A DNA stretch of 64,000 bases from the human T2T-CHM13v2.0 reference genome, Homo sapiens, in the NCBI RefSeq assembly GCF_009914755.1, contig NC_060939.1. The stretch is one strand, 5' to 3'. The translations under genes and the position numbers were made by a program. Position 1 is the stretch's first letter. Each line of letters starts with the position of its first letter. Shown piece after piece: positions 25,646 through 39,893 of the stretch. The notes under the pieces are model-generated. The model did no database searches and had not been told where the DNA came from. It saw only the letters and a list, made by a program, of their open reading frames with translations.

Positions 25646-26756
25646 AGTCGTAGATAGTGGGTGAAGCCACAACGGTAGGTACATAGATTGGCCCAGGTGT
25701 GTGCATTGACAAGAGGACAGTCAAGGAGAGAACCCTGGTGATACCCGCTCTTCATACCTCTTTAAGCCACCTGAACCTACACTTATACTATACTGCACAT
25801 GGCCACCAAAGCAGAGTGTAGCCTTTATGCCTCATTTTTGGTCATGACTAAGGACCTGCCTCACCTTCTTGTTGACCTTGTTTAACAAGCAAGATGCATT
25901 AATTGAACAATTACTTAGTGAATGGCACTGTGGCTACAGAAAGACAAAGAAATCATTGGCTTTGGGACCTTGGAGTTGGATAATTCCACCTAGCTCCCAT
26001 CCTTGTCTCTCCTCTTCTGCCCCACGCCTGCCCTTCAGACTGGCTTCTAAGGACTTATATGATGTAGGCTTGTTTCACTTGTCTTTTCCCTCTCCTGGCC
26101 ATCTTGGTTAAGACCCCAACCCTGATTCAGAGCCCCAGAATCTAAATGTGTGAGTTGCTCTGTCTAGCTGTTGGAGGACTTTTAGAGAGATCGTAAAATG
26201 TATTTATGTTGTGAGTAGAAGAAAAGAAATGTGAAAACCTGCCCCCCCCCCAAAAAAAAAAAGTACTCTGAGAGATAGGAGGAAAACCAAGAGTCCATAT
26301 AAGTCAAAATAGAAAAGCACTTCAAGGAGATTAATCAGTGAGATCCAGTGTCTCATGAGGTCCAGGAAGGCAGCCACAGGATCCGGCCATCCAGGACGTC
26401 ATTGTCTTCTGGAAGATGTGATGAGCACAAAAGCTGCATTCAAGCGACTCAAGAAGCAAATAGGTGAACTAAAGGACCCATGTATAAACATCTCCTCCTA
26501 GAAGTACCATGCTGAAATAAAGGGTAAAAGAAGACCACGGATAAAGGGAAGGCGGCAAAAGAAAACTTTCCAGATGAGGGAAGTGGGAGCATATTGTGCT
26601 CAAGAGGAATAGTCAAGAGAAAGGTTAAGTTGAAAACACAGAAGGTGTGAGGGAGTGAGGTCTCTGAGAAGGCAGGAGGGATGGAATCCAGAGCCCAGGT
26701 GAGTCCCTGAGCAAGAGCAACGGCACCGAGGCTGGAAGGGAAGGAAAGGGGGATGG

Positions 26757-27215
26757 TGTATCCATTTCCTACAGCTGCTGTAATAAAGTGCCACAAATTA
26801 GGTAGCTTCAAACAGCAGAGATTTATTGTCTCACAGTTCTGGAGGCCAGAAATCAAGGTGTCAGCTGGGCCATGCCCTCCCCAGGCTGCAGAGGAGAATC
26901 TGTTCCATGCTCTTCTCTCAGCCTCTGGTGTCACTGCCAATCCTGGGTGGCTTGTCATTGCCTATTTCCAATCTCTACCTGCATTATCACATGGTCTCCT
27001 CTCCTCCTGTGTTCAGATCTCTCCTTTGCGTAAGGACAGCCGTCATATTGGATTAAGAGGCCACCCTACTCCTGCATGACTTCATTTTAATTTAGTTAAT
27101 TACATCTGCAGTAATCCTACTTCCAAATGAGGTCACATTGGAAGGTATTGAGGGTTAGGATTTCAACATCTCTTTTTTTTTGTCGGGGGAGAGGGACACG
27201 ATTCAATCCATTACA
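26757..27215 (-). mobile_element. MLT1C-like MaLR solo LTR
   Basis: TG...CA termini, ATTTATTGTCTCACAGTTCTGGAGGCCAGAA, and a perfect 5-bp TSD GATGG. Confidence 0.9.
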
Positions 27216-28234
27216 GATGGTATGTTTACTTTTCAGGGAAATCAGTGGCTGCAGTTGGGAGGGATGGTGATACACAGAGAAGTGATTTCATTCCAAGGGC
27301 AATGGCTATTTCTTTGTCACTGTCTTCCCAGCCCCTGGCCTGTGGGCGCGTGCTGGAGTACTATTCTGATAGTAACCTACATGCGGGTCATTTCCTATAA
27401 TTCCCTTTTGCCCCATGACCCTCCCTGTAATTCCAGGCAGAGCTCATCAGTCTGCCCTTGCTGTATCCAGAAGCTGAGCAACAGAGAGAAAAAACGTCAA
27501 TTCTCAGTTTTGACTTTCAAATTAGACTTTTGAAATTCCCAATGGAGGCAATATTGGTGAGAACGGGATTGTGAGTTCCACAGAATCACTAGAGTTTATG
27601 CCATAAACAAGAATGGGAAGGATAAATCATTTGTTAATCAAAGAACCCATATTCCAGCTGTAGACTTGATTAAGATTACACCACAGGCTGGAAAGGAGAA
27701 GATGGTTGGAGAGGAATTGAGAGAGACAGTGAGGAGGAGGAGCTGTGCACCTGCTCCCAAGGCCAGCTCAGTCTCCGGGCTCTGGAGCCGCCACCTCCCC
27801 CAGAGCATCTCCACTGTCATCAGATGTACAGATTGGGCAGCCATGTATGATCAGGACGGAAGCAACCTCCTACTGCTACAAATAATAACAATAATTATAA
27901 TGAAGGTTGAAAACCACTGACCAAGGCTAGATGGGGTTTCTAAGGTCCATAGAGGGGTGGATATTTGTTGACAGAAGAGCCAGGACAAGCAGGTTTTCTG
28001 ATTTCTGAGAATGGTGACTGCCTCCTTAACAGGGGCAGCAAGAATGGGGAATATTGGGTTAGAGCACATTCCAATGGCAAAAAATTAACTTGTTTCTTTT
28101 GTATCCAGATTTGAAAAAAAAGCTCTAAGGAAGCCAAAATCTTTAATGCAATCTTCCCTCTCTTTTGACTGGCCTACTGACCAAAGACAGGAAAGAATTC
28201 CACTGGGAAGACTAATGTTTATTTTTAGTAACAG

Positions 28235-28485
28235 ATAATATGTGTTGAATGCCTAGTGTGTGACAGGTGCTGTGCTAAGCATTTCATATACATTAGCACT
28301 TTTAACACTCAAATACTCCAATAATGAAGGCATCATTCCCCTTTTAGAAATGAGCATGCAGAGTCAGAGTAGAAAACCAACTTGCTGAAGGTCACATAGC
28401 AGTGAACAGCTGTACAGCAGCATTTAAACCCAGGAATCTGTTGGAAACTCAAGTGGCACTTCTAATCACTATACCATACTGCCTC
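28235..28485 (-). mobile_element. MIR
   Basis: GGTGCTGTGCTAAGCATTTCATATACATT...CTTGCTGAAGGTCACATAGC...ATTTAAACCCAGG. Confidence 0.7.
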
Positions 28486-29276
28486 TCTATATAACACACA
28501 TTTGTTTTTCCTTGAAAGTTTCCTTGTGATAACTAGAAAGAAACGTGGAGAAATGAATTGCCATTGAAGACCTACTATGTGCCAGGCATTGTGCATTTTG
28601 CATATATTATCTCCTTTGCAGTGCTCAGAAATTCCATCTGTCACTAACTTCAATCTTCCTGGAAGAGAGCTTAGGTTTCAGAAAAAGCACCAGATTGGTC
28701 TACGGCTCAGTGATTTCCCTCAATTTACACCTAATGAAACTCATATAACTAATTCTGCCACTCCAATGCTCAGAAAATTACACTGGTTCCCCCTTTCAAG
28801 TTATAAAATAAAGTCCAAGTTCCTAATCTGGCTTTCAAGGCTCCCGCGACCTGTGTAGTCTATTTCTCCAACATTATTTTAGTACATGTTCCTGACCCCT
28901 GATAACCTGAATTAAGATCTCTCTTCTGACCTGCACACATTTATCTGTGTTTCCCATGACATTATCATGTTCAAACTTGCCTATAGCTAGTTCTGTGTAG
29001 GAGTCACCTTTCCACCAGCTGTGGGACATCTTGAGGGCCAGTTCTGTGTTTCACCTCGCAGTGTCTAGCATGTGGCAAAAGCTCAGTGAATTTTAAAAAA
29101 TAAATAAATAAAAGATACTGTTCTTGATTCATGGGAAGAGGGCAAAGTAGAATAAAAGATCCCTGGGCTAGGGACACTTTCACTATAAGTAAGCCCCAAC
29201 GATGGAGAGATCATGTAGCTTACCTGAAGCAATGTAAAGGCAGTGCTGGAAGGGTGCAGTGGGGAGGAGGTTAGCT

Positions 29277-31290
29277 GTCAGGTTCATTGGTCATAAGCAA
29301 CAGAAACCAACGCTAGCTGGTGTAAAAATGCAAGGGAGTTTGTTGGAAAGATACCTGCATGCTCACAAAACTGTCAGGAAGACTGACCACATAGGACAAA
29401 AACCACTTGACTATTGGGGCCTGGAATTAATGAATTCCTAACTATCCTCTCATTTTTGTGTCCCTCCATTCAAAAGTCAAAGTTCTGAGACACTGTGCAA
29501 TTAGCCTAACTCAGGTCACATGCTCAGCCCTTGGCTGAGACCATGTGTCTAGCATAATTAACCTCCATATATCCCTTTCTTCCATAACGACAGGGCTGGA
29601 CAGCTAGCTGTTACTTTAGAGCAATTTGGAGGTTATAAGTGCTTGGCATCTTATAAACCCACCCAGAACGTCCCTGTTTCAATTGTCAGGGCCCCACTCT
29701 TTGCTTCCACTTTTACAGGAGCCTTGACACAGCCATATATTCCACAGATAACGTCATTCAGCAATTCATGGGCTCAAACTCTGACTTTGGTCTTTGGCTA
29801 TTTCCGTTCTGAAATTGTAAGAATTATGAGATTATTTTGGCAATGCCACAAGGCATCCCTGAGTTTCATTCTATTCCTTGAATTTAGCATCCAGGAATTT
29901 GAGTTTTGTTATTGTGGCTGAAGTTATTTGTTGCTATTAGAGACAGCTACCTCTGCTTACTGTATCAGGCAGTGTTTCTGGTCATGCACAGTAGAAATAC
30001 ATCTGGTTTACTTAATGTACTTATTCAAAAGGTATTAAGGAACTCACAGGATTAATTAATTGGAAGGCTGGACAACCAGATTTTGAGACAGGATGAAAAC
30101 CAGATCAGGAACAAGTGAACCCTCAGGAATGGACTAGTGCCATCTACTTTGTATCATTTTGCTCTAGGTCCAACAACCCAGGACAAGGAATCTGGAGGGC
30201 AGGCTTAGATGAGTGCCCTCCCTTGGCTGGATAGGGCAGTGAGGGAGAGGATCTGGCAGCAGGGACATCCAGGGATTCCTTTAGCTTCTGGGAAGGCAGG
30301 ATACCCTGATTTACTCCAAGGAATTGCAGTGTTACTAGGAAGGCAAAGTAGATGTGAGGTGGCTAATAATATTAAATAGCAGCTGTCACTGGCCCTTTGA
30401 GAGAGGGCATCTCCCAGAGACGGCATTTCCATTTGATACCACCTTGTACCAGGCTCCAGCAATCTCAAGCCAAGACTGGCTGTCCATTCCTGATGGGAAA
30501 GGAGAGTCAAGGAATGCGTCAATATCCCTTTTCTAAGTTTGATCTTGCCTGAAATCAAATCAGCAGGAATCTGTAGGCTAAGATCTGTTACTATGACTCC
30601 TTGTAAAAATGTTTGGACTTAACTGTCTAACTTTGGTTTTTATCATGAACCCATGGACAGGAGACCTCTTTTGTAAAACTGTTTTGGAGGTATCATCTCC
30701 TCTGTTGTTTGATGTTCCTTATATAAAGAACTACATAATTTCTTGAAGTTCAGCACTAGAAAATGCTTCTGAAAATGAATGGATAATTCTTTCTTTAGTC
30801 AGGCGGTGGTTGCCCCTTAAGCCATCTGTTTCCCTGTTGCCTTATGCATGAGTGTTTGTTAGGTTTTAGGCAGCTGGACTCCATTTCCCCTTCCAAACAA
30901 CATCCAAATGAATACCTTTTGAACAATTACCTTCCCAAACTGGTAGGAGTGTAATCAGTACACACACACGTGTGTGTGGCCAGGGGAAGAGTTGGATACT
31001 CCCTCTCTGTAATTTGAATTTTGAAAGGAGATACAAAGAGACTGAGAATGGCTGGAATTCCCTTCCGTCCCCAAGGTGGGTCCTTACCAGACCATCCCTG
31101 CCACGGGCCTGCTGTTGTCACTCTGCCTCTTCAATTCAGGAGCTGCCTACCCCCTGGCCCATTTCCACATCAGCGTCTGCAGCTTTCCATCAGTTTTGTG
31201 GTCCCCATCATTATTCCAACAACGAACTCCCCTCTTTTTTACATTAGCCTGAGCTAATAGCTGTAGCTAGCAATCAAATACAACTAACCG
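29277..31290. mobile_element. Cluster of old MLT1 (J/K/L-type) LTR fragments (about 29277-29560, 29963-30200, 30960-31290)
   Basis: GGTCATAAGCAACAGAAACC, CTCAGGTCACATGCTCAGCCCT and CTGTAGCTAGCAATCAAA motifs. The region is not continuous repeat. Confidence 0.5.
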
Positions 31291-31409
31291 AGAAAGCGAG
31301 GTTATCAGGAAACTCAGAGCAGTATTTCGGTTTGGGGATTTTATTTTGTTGTTATTGTTTTGTTTTGCTTAATTGCTTAATTGTTTTCTCAGAGCTCAGC
31401 TAACAAACA

Positions 31410-31640
31410 GATGTAGTACAAAGTGCGTGGATTCTGGGATCAAATTCACCCAGGTTTGAGTTCCTGCTCTACCACTTACTAGATGTATGACTTGGGAAAA
31501 CCGACCTCTTTTAGCCTCAGGCTTCTCACATGTAAAATGGGCTATTTCCAGTTACCTTGAGGAATTTGGCTAACATTAAGTAAGAAAACATGTAAAATAC
31601 CTGAAATAATGGAAACTCATTATTGAGAATATTATTATTG
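31410..31640 (+). mobile_element. MIR
   Basis: CCAGGTTTGAGTTCCTGCTCTACCACTTACTAGATGTATGACTTGGG...GCCTCAGGCTTCTCACATGTAAAATGGG. Confidence 0.75.
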
Positions 31641-31864
31641 TTGGTCTTTTCCCCTTTTCTTCCCCATTATTGCTGACAGCAGGCAATATAGAAAAGTTCA
31701 CAGTTATACCCAGACCAGTGATTTTAAACTGGGTTTTGAAAGTCTTTGGGGTTCCTCAGCAGCCCGTAGAATGCTGCTTAGGATAAGAGAGTGAAGGGGA
31801 GGTGCAGAGTTCACAAATATGTAGCTCTCCCGTAAATGTGTCATGGTTTAAAATAGTGGGAAAC

Positions 31865-32086
31865 AGGAGCTTCACATGATGACCCATGGGCCAAAATGGG
31901 CCTGCTGCCTATTTTTGCAAATAAAGTTTTATTGGAACACAGCTATGCTCATTTGTTTTTGTATTTTTTATGGCTGTTTTTTATGTTACAGCAGCAGCCG
32001 TGAGTAGCTGTGGCAGAGACGGAATAGCCTGTAAAGTCTGAAATATTCACTCTCTGGACTTTTACAGCAAAGCCTGTTGGTCCCTG
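31865..32086 (+). mobile_element. MER58A hAT MITE
   Basis: CCATGGGCCAAAATGGGCCTGCTGCCTATTTTTGCAAATAAAGTTTTATTGGAACACAGC. Confidence 0.85.
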
Positions 32087-32511
32087 TTGCTGAGTGTGTT
32101 CAAAGTAGGCTGAGTAGAGATTTGATAGTGAGCGGCATGCCAAAACTTCAGGCTGCCTTCTGTCCATGGAAGGTGTGTGTTTCCAACCAGAGCTGCCTCC
32201 TCTGAGTAGCCCATGCAGAACCCACACAAGAGGGGCTCTACAGGATTTAAATTCTGTTCACTCATGAGCTTCAAACCACTCCCCACAACTTCCTCTCCAC
32301 ACCTCCCCTGTCCTGCTCTTGAGTGTCCCCCTCTGACCACCAGCTTCACTGCTTGTTGGCTGCTTTCCCATATCACCCCCGCTCTAGCCTTAATGCTATC
32401 TGCTTTCTCCTCCGTCTTCTTCCTGATGAGGCCAAGCCTCTGACCCAGCTCACCTGTGAAGTACCTTCCTCCTTGGACCTGGCCCTGGGGACTCTCCAAC
32501 TGTAGCAGAGG

Positions 32512-32901
32512 CTGTCAGTGCCTCATCCACCTTTCTCAGCACCTGCCAACCCAACCCCAACTCAACCTCATGGCTTCCTTCTTCCAGGGTTGGCTTTAAA
32601 TCCAGGGGAGAGAGAACCCCCAGAAGTAGCCGTTATCAATTATTGGTGGGAGTCGGTGTATGAGTGCCCCAAATTTCCCACCCCTCGGTAGAGACAACTA
32701 ACTCTGAGGTGTGTTCTTTGCCATCTCCCTGGCAGGATGAGCCTGAGCTGCCCACAGTGGTGACTGCTCAGGGCCATGCTTCCTTCACTTTCCTGTCTCA
32801 CTTCCCCAGTTTTCTATATTTCTGGGATCATCTCCCAAATAAACCACCTGTGCTCTCATCCTTGTCTCAAAGTGTGCCTCCAGGAGACCCAGCCTAAGGA
32901 A
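32512..32901 (+). mobile_element. LTR16-family (ERVL) solo LTR
   Basis: CTGGGATCATCTCCCAAATAAACCACCTG...TCCTTGTCTCA...GACCCAGCCTAAG. Confidence 0.75.
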
Positions 32902-32999
32902 ACTACACTGGCTTTCATCAGACTCACCCCGATTCCCACTGGGTCGGGTCCACTCTCAGGTAAGAACTACATACAGAAGTTTTCTAAAGGCAAGAGTCT

Positions 33000-33272
33000 C
33001 AAAAATCAGAAGAGAGCACATATTGAATGATTCCATTCATACAAGATACTCAGAATAGGTAAGTCAATAGATAGAAAGCAGATTTCCAGGGGCTAGGGAG
33101 AAGAGGGAATGGCTCAATGGGCACAGAGTTTCTGCTTGGAGTGATGAAAAAGTTCTGGGAATGGTGGGGATGGTTGCACACACTGTGAATATAATTAATG
33201 CTACTCAACTCTATACTCTAAGATGGTTATAATGGTACATTTTATGTGTATTTTACCATAATTTTGAAAAAC
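33000..33272 (+). mobile_element. L1MB 3' end fragment
   Basis: GGGCACAGAGTTTCTGCTTGGAGTGATGAAAAAGTTCTGG...ATTTTATGTGTATTTTACCATAAT. Confidence 0.8.
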
Positions 33273-34984
33273 ACAATGAGAAAGGTGGCAGATTCTCAGA
33301 ACATTTCAAGAGTCTCCACATTTATTGTTTTTGTCTAGAGGTCACCTACAATAGCCCTTGTGATTCCTTCCATTACCCAGACGTCATTTGCCCATCCTCA
33401 GCCTGCTGTTCCTGTGCTGGGGATTGCAGCCTCATTCATTGGGTCTGTGGATGCCATATAGAGCCTTCTGAGTCAAGCTGGTCTGCCTGTGTCATGCCCA
33501 GAGCCAGTTGCACAGAGCTGTGTCCACACAGATGGGAGCTTCCTCTCAGTTTAGCCCCTGTGGATGCCTCCACACTGCTTGGCTGCCCTCTTCCACATCC
33601 AGACCCTGAGGTCAATTAGGAGGCTAATGACACCCATATGGATGATGCTTGAACTGAAAGTGCATGCAGCTGTTGGGTCTGCCAGACCCAGATGTTTGGC
33701 TGATGATCTTCGTTGGCTGAAGATGAACTTGTCTGGAGTGGTGTTCACAGGAGACTGCTTGCTGAGAAATTACTTTTCAGTCTTAGAAAATGGTTGTCTC
33801 TCATAAGCCTAAAATAGAGGGCCTGAGTTTTAGGGAACTTAGGAACCAAGAGAGGCTGTAGTTTTAAAAAGCAGAGGTCACCCACTGGGAGCTGTGTGGT
33901 TTGCAGATACATTTTGCTTGGCTCTCACAGCATCTTTTTAAATTAATTGCCATCACTTACAAATTGCTCACCCAGGCACCACCTCCTACCTCTCATGCCT
34001 GGCTTGCTTTGCCTATTTCATATCACCCGCCTGGCCAGAGCACAGATTCACATTTATTTTTCTCAGTTTAATAACTCTGAGGCATGACATGATTAAATGG
34101 CTTCTGAGCTGCTGTTCCCGTGTAGGTGTTGAAGAGTGCTACACAGACAGAATAATCATGTCTTGGCTTTGTTTCTCTAAAACAAAGCTCCCACTCAAAG
34201 CACACAATGATTCTTTTTACAAAAAGGAGTTTTGGAACCCTCACTCATCACCCTATGGCAATGTGGTGCAGAGAATGCAGCCACAGTGGAGAACCCAAAG
34301 ACGCACAAGGGACTCAGCTGAAGGATCCCGGGTTCTGAGATCTCAGCCATGACCATCATCTGCCATCTGTGGGAAGGAAGCAAAACCCTCATTCATCTCA
34401 ACTGAGTAACCTTGTCCCTCAAGATGGGCCTTTGAGTAAGGACGTGCAGCAGATGCTAGTACCTCACCAAACCAAGATTCCTTTTCCTCCTGATCATTAA
34501 GCCAACCCACATTCCCTAGCCTCCTTTACACTTTGGCAGGACCATGTGGCTGGGTTCTAGCCAGAGGAGTAGAAGTGAGGTCCTTCCCATGCATAATGCT
34601 CCATCCTTTTTTTCTTTCCATAGGTGGAATGGAGAGGAGCTGAGGCATTGATGGAGGGAAGAGCCACAAAATGGAAGAAGGACCCTGGGTTCCTGAGTCA
34701 CTTCTTGGAGGAGAGGCTCTAACAAGAAAACACCTACATCGGACTGTTGGATGAATGATCAATCAACATGTATTTGGTTAAATCACTGAAATTCTAAGGT
34801 CATCTATTACAGCAATTGGCCTATCATGGTGAATAGTGCGTAAGACAAGATGCTTAAAGTAAGAAGGAGACATACTTGCATAAATTACATTGTAGGGGCC
34901 ATGAAAAATGCAGGGCACAGAGGAAAGCCCCTGAATAGGATACGAATAAGCTCTTGGCCTCAGTGGTTACTAATTCTCACCAGT

Positions 34985-37212
34985 CTCAGCTGACACTTAT
35001 CAAAGACTACACATAGCCACCATGTCTGCCCTGCATGCCTCAAACGCCACTGGATCGCTGGGCCATGTAGTTCAGGCAGAAGGGCAAATTCCCCATAGCC
35101 TGTATCTACTGCAGAGCCCTTTCTCCTTCTTAGCCCTACTAGAAGCTGGCAGGCTTCAGAGTCACCTGACAAATGGATCACCACCACATTCCCAAGCGTG
35201 GTATATGCTGCCTCCAAAATCAAAGAGACCCATCAATTCTGTGTCTCTTCTTGGTGGTAGGGGGGAGTGAAGTGCAAAAATCTATCCCTTAGCATGGAAG
35301 AGATATCCTGGCATGCCTCACAATTCTGAACTCTAAGAGTCTTCATATTAGGCATTTGAATCTTCATGACATTTAGGGTCTCCCACCCTTTGGCAGACAT
35401 AATTTACTGAGGCATTAGGGTTCTTAATCAATTACTTCTCTCCCAGGTCCAATTAGCATAATGTCATCAACATTGTGGAGTAGCTTTATGTTCTGTGAAA
35501 TGTCAAGATGACCGAGATCTCTTCAAACTATGATGTCACAGATGGGGGGCATTAACCAAGCCCTGGGTCAAGAGCGTGAATGTGTACTTCTGTCCTTCTC
35601 ATGTAAATGCAAACTGCTGTTTATCCTCCTTACCAATAGGGAATTGAGGACACATTCACCAGATCAGAGGCTGTGTGTGTTCATTTCCAGTGAAGAAAAC
35701 ATACTGAGCACAGCAGGTGTGACTCGGGCTACTCCTGGCTAAGTGTATAGTAGTAGTCTGCCATCACCTATTATGAACCATCTGGTTTTTTAATGAACTA
35801 AACAGGTGAATTGAATGAGCAATTTTGGCAAACATGGCCTGAAAGGGCCCACCACCATCCTTTAAGGCAACAGTTCTCAAACTTTAAAGCTCATCAGAAT
35901 CACCTGGAGGGCTCATTTAAAAACAGATTGCTGTGCCCCACCCCAGAGTTTTTTAATACAGTAGGCCAGGAGTGGGGCCTATGAACTCGCTTTTTTTAGA
36001 AAATTCCCAGGTGATGCTGATTCTACTGGCCCAGGAGCCATCCTTTGAAAAACCCTGCTTTAAGTCTTCATTAAAAACCCTACTCTCTTCAATTTCTTCA
36101 AAGATACAGTATTTTTTCTGATTTACTAACTTGGCTTGAGAGTTGAGAGACAGTTTCAGAAGATTTTATTTGGCCCTTTCTATCATGATGGCTCTTATTC
36201 CAAGCTCAGGAAGCCAAGGCGAGAGCTCTACCAGCTGCTAAATATACCCTTCCTAATTATACACTCAAGGACCGGGGATATAATGACCCAATAACCCAGT
36301 CTGAGCAGATGTGGGCCACGACTCCATTCATCATCTGATTTCTCTAAGCTCCTATTCTGATAAATGGATACAGATCCTTTTGGAAAAGACTTGGAGGAAT
36401 ATTTATTGGAAATGCTTACAGCAGAATCCTGAAGGAGACCTGGTCTCAACTTCAATCAATAAACTCTGGGTTTGTGATACGGCTTGAATCAGAAACTGGG
36501 TGAAAGATCATGACTTTCCATCATGACAACTGTTATAAGTCTTCTGCTAAGATCCTAGGTTTTGTTCATGTGTTTGTTTTTATTAATCAAGTCAAGCCAC
36601 AGCTTAATCAGTTGCCCATGTATCTTTCCCTTCAATCCACAGTGATCCCATCAGGTCAAGGTACTGCTTCTCTGCCCTGATACCCATCACAGAAATCACA
36701 CCCCCTCACCTCTGATGGCAAAGTGCTGTCACCCGGCCCCTGCTATTCTAGAACTGTACTGTCACCAATGACACGAAGGAGCCAGCGCCACGGCAGCATC
36801 CTCTGCCGTTTATCCACCTGGCCAAGGACAGCCATCACAGAGGTTCTCAGAGAATCTGGTGGCCCCCTCACAAATGCATCTTTATTTTCTTAATGAAGGG
36901 AATGTCCTCTGGGGCCTCTTAGGGGACCCTGTCAGGTGGTGAACTCTTCATGTTACATAATAACTATTTTAATATACCCATCCTTTCTGGGCCTTCTGAT
37001 CCCTTCCTCAATATTTTGCCCAGGCAATTTCCTATGTCGCCACCTAACTTACTACAAGTCATTGTCATGTCGAGTTTCAAGGTGCCTCTCATCAGCAATT
37101 TGAATTACTCCAGTTGTTCTTTCTAGGATGTTAAATTCTGAGTCATGGGAGAGGGCCCCCATGTCAATAAATTTTCCCCAGTTTAGCCAGCATATATCCA
37201 AGTCCAGCAATT
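34985..37212 (-). mobile_element. ERVL-class internal region (gag-pro-RT), decayed, minus strand
   Basis: Minus-strand peptides: gag GKFIDMG and LPGQNIEEGIRR; pro VIISPVLECII..IFSSW; RT KQQFAFT*EGQKYTFTLLTQG and LLHNVDDIMLIGPG (YxDD equivalent). Confidence 0.85.
35868..36057 (+). mobile_element. MER5A hAT MITE inserted in the ERVL pol
   Basis: TTCTCAAACTT...CATCAGAATCACCTGGAGGGCT...CCCAGGTGATGCTGAT; 8-bp TSD CTTTAAGG/CTTTAAGT. Confidence 0.9.
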
Positions 37213-37219
37213 TTTTTAT

Positions 37220-38645
37220 TAGTGGGCAAAAAAAATCATATGGGTGTTTGTGAACTTATTAATTCATTAGGAAGCATGGCCATAGAGGAGAAACACTTGA
37301 CAACTAAGTGGACAGGATCACTCATTCATGAGGGTCAGCCAGAGCCTCTTGTGAGCTCCTGGAAAGCTTGTGCAATAGGCGTGTGAAATGGAGGGACTGT
37401 GGTGGTGAAAAGAGAGTTAGTCATGGGCCCAAGGGCAAGGGCTTTACCTCACCAAACTATCTAGATAGTGTCCCTGATGAACGTCTGGCCCCCCAGGCAC
37501 AGAAATCTTGACAGAACACCAGACCTCAAGGAGACCAGCCATTTGGTAGGAAGTTGATTACATTGAATCCTTCCATCTGAAAGGGGCAGCTATGCATCCT
37601 ATTCTGAAGATGCATTTGCCTTCTCTGCCCACATTGCTTCAGCCAGCACCAGCATTCAAGGGTTTGCCAAGTTATATTTCTATAGCTATGAGTTTATCTT
37701 AGACCTAAAGACCCTGTTTTGGCTGAAGAGAAGAGACAGCAAGCTCATAACCATGGAATCTACCTGTCTTATTGCATCGCCTCAAAGCAGACAGCCTAAG
37801 GAATGATGAAATTGATTATTAAAGGCTCAGCTAAGGTACCACTTTGGGGACCACTTACTGCAGAGTTGGAGTACTGTCCTCCAAGATGTAGTATTAGCAA
37901 GGAACCAACAGTTAATATACTGCGTTGGGTCCCCAGTGGCTAGAATGTGCAGATCTGGGAGCCAAGGGATAGAGGCTAAAATAAACTTTTCTAATCATCA
38001 CTTTCCTTTATGAAATCTGTGCTTCCTGTCCTCACAATCCCAGGCTCTGCCAGATTAGAAGCCGTGGTTCCCAGGGTCAGAGTGGAGAATGCCTCAAACA
38101 GAGGGCACAGTATGGGTTTTGCCTAATTTGAAGCTACAACCATCACCTGGTTACTTTGGACTCCTCATGCTGGCCGACAAGCAAGCAGAGAAAGCAGGTG
38201 CTATACCAGTGAGAGTGTTCAACCCTGACTACCATAAAGAGCTATACTTGCTGTTATACAGTGAGGCAAGGAAGAGTATGCCTGGAATTTAGGGGATTCA
38301 CTGGGGAATCTCTTTTTATTGCCTGTTGATTGAACAACAGTCTACAAACGGCAAGGCAACTAAGGGCTCACCACTTCAGGGATGAAAGTTTTGGTCACTC
38401 CACCAGGCAAGCTACCCAGAAAAGCTGAAGTGCTGGCCAAAAGCAATGAAAATCTAGAATGAGTGATGAAGGAGGGAAAGGATGAATACCAATTACAGCT
38501 TTAAGACTAGTTGCAGCAGTGGGAACTACCATTAATTCCACTAATCCTCCTCTACTCTGTATTTGAAAGAAAATGTCTGGCCACTAATGTGAAGATTCAG
38601 CAACAAATTGGGCTTAATGGAGGACATAAGTAGATCTGAGTGGCA
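37220..38645 (+). mobile_element. ERVL-class internal region (end of RNase H, integrase, dUTPase), decayed, plus strand
   Basis: Integrase-like W*EVDYI (WQVDYIGP) near 37545. ORF 38089-38292 (LKLQPSPGYFGLLM...FNPDYHKELYLLL) resembles the HERV-L dUTPase. Confidence 0.85.
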
Positions 38646-38649
38646 CAAT

Positions 38650-39114
38650 GGTGGGCCATATCGCATACCCCTCGCTACCACTTCACATCCACTCGGCCTC
38701 AATGCATTGGCCTCACCTCCTGTCTGTGCTGTGGGTCTTTTACTTCTTGTGCTTGAATTTCTCTGACAAGGTGTGAAATGCCTTAGGGACCCACTCAGAT
38801 CTGCATATGTGCAACTTGAGGTTTGAGGAAGGTAACACCCCCCAGAGACAACCTTCAAGCAGTGGTTAAATGGTAACAGATTCATTTTTTTGTCCTCCTG
38901 ATCCAATGATGTACAACTGTGACAAGTAGTCTATGCTCCATAAAAAGTCCCAGTGGGATGGAACTTTAGTTCTTGCCATGGTGACCAGCAGGATAATGCA
39001 TCTTTATTTTAGCTTTATCTAATTACATATTTTAATTTCATTTGTTCCCCACTTCTGCTCCCTGGAAACATTTTCCAAATAAACTACCTGTTTGCAAGCC
39101 CTCAACTCAAGGCA
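38650..39114 (+). mobile_element. LTR16A-like 3' LTR of the ERVL remnant
   Basis: GGTAACACCCCCAGAGACAACC...GTCCCAGTGGGATGGAAC...CCAAATAAACTACCTG directly follows the internal region. Confidence 0.7.
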
Positions 39115-39569
39115 GGTGTCAGCAGCACATAAGCAGCATGTTTAATCAGGGAGTGTAAGAAGAAAAGAAGGACAAGGATAGAATTCCTGAGACCCACCAA
39201 TTATAACAGTGGAGTGGAGGAATAAAAGCAGGTGAAAAAGTAGCCAGAGAAATAAAAGGAAAATCAAGAGAGACATTTCCCAGAAGCCAAGGGAGGAGAC
39301 AGAGTCACGAAAGAGAAAATGCACAGTGAACCCCATTAATTATCAAAGAGAAACCAAATAAGACAGGGCTGGAGAAAAAAGTACTGGTCCTTGCTGAACT
39401 TGTTGCAAGCAAAGCCCATGAAGTGATGGAGGAAGAACTCAGATTACAGTTAGCAAAGCACTTAATGGGAGATGAGGAAAAATAGATAGAGAGCAGATTA
39501 TCTTTTAAAAACATTAATTAGAAATGAGATGCATAGAGTAGTAGGAGGGAAAGAGGAACTTGGAGTTAA

Positions 39570-39893
<324 letters not shown>

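Noticed and set aside
32512-32901. LTR16 copy as the 5' LTR of the 35-39 kb ERVL
   Set aside because: No PBS follows it, about 2 kb of unrelated sequence intervenes, and it looks like a different LTR16 subfamily from 38650-39114.
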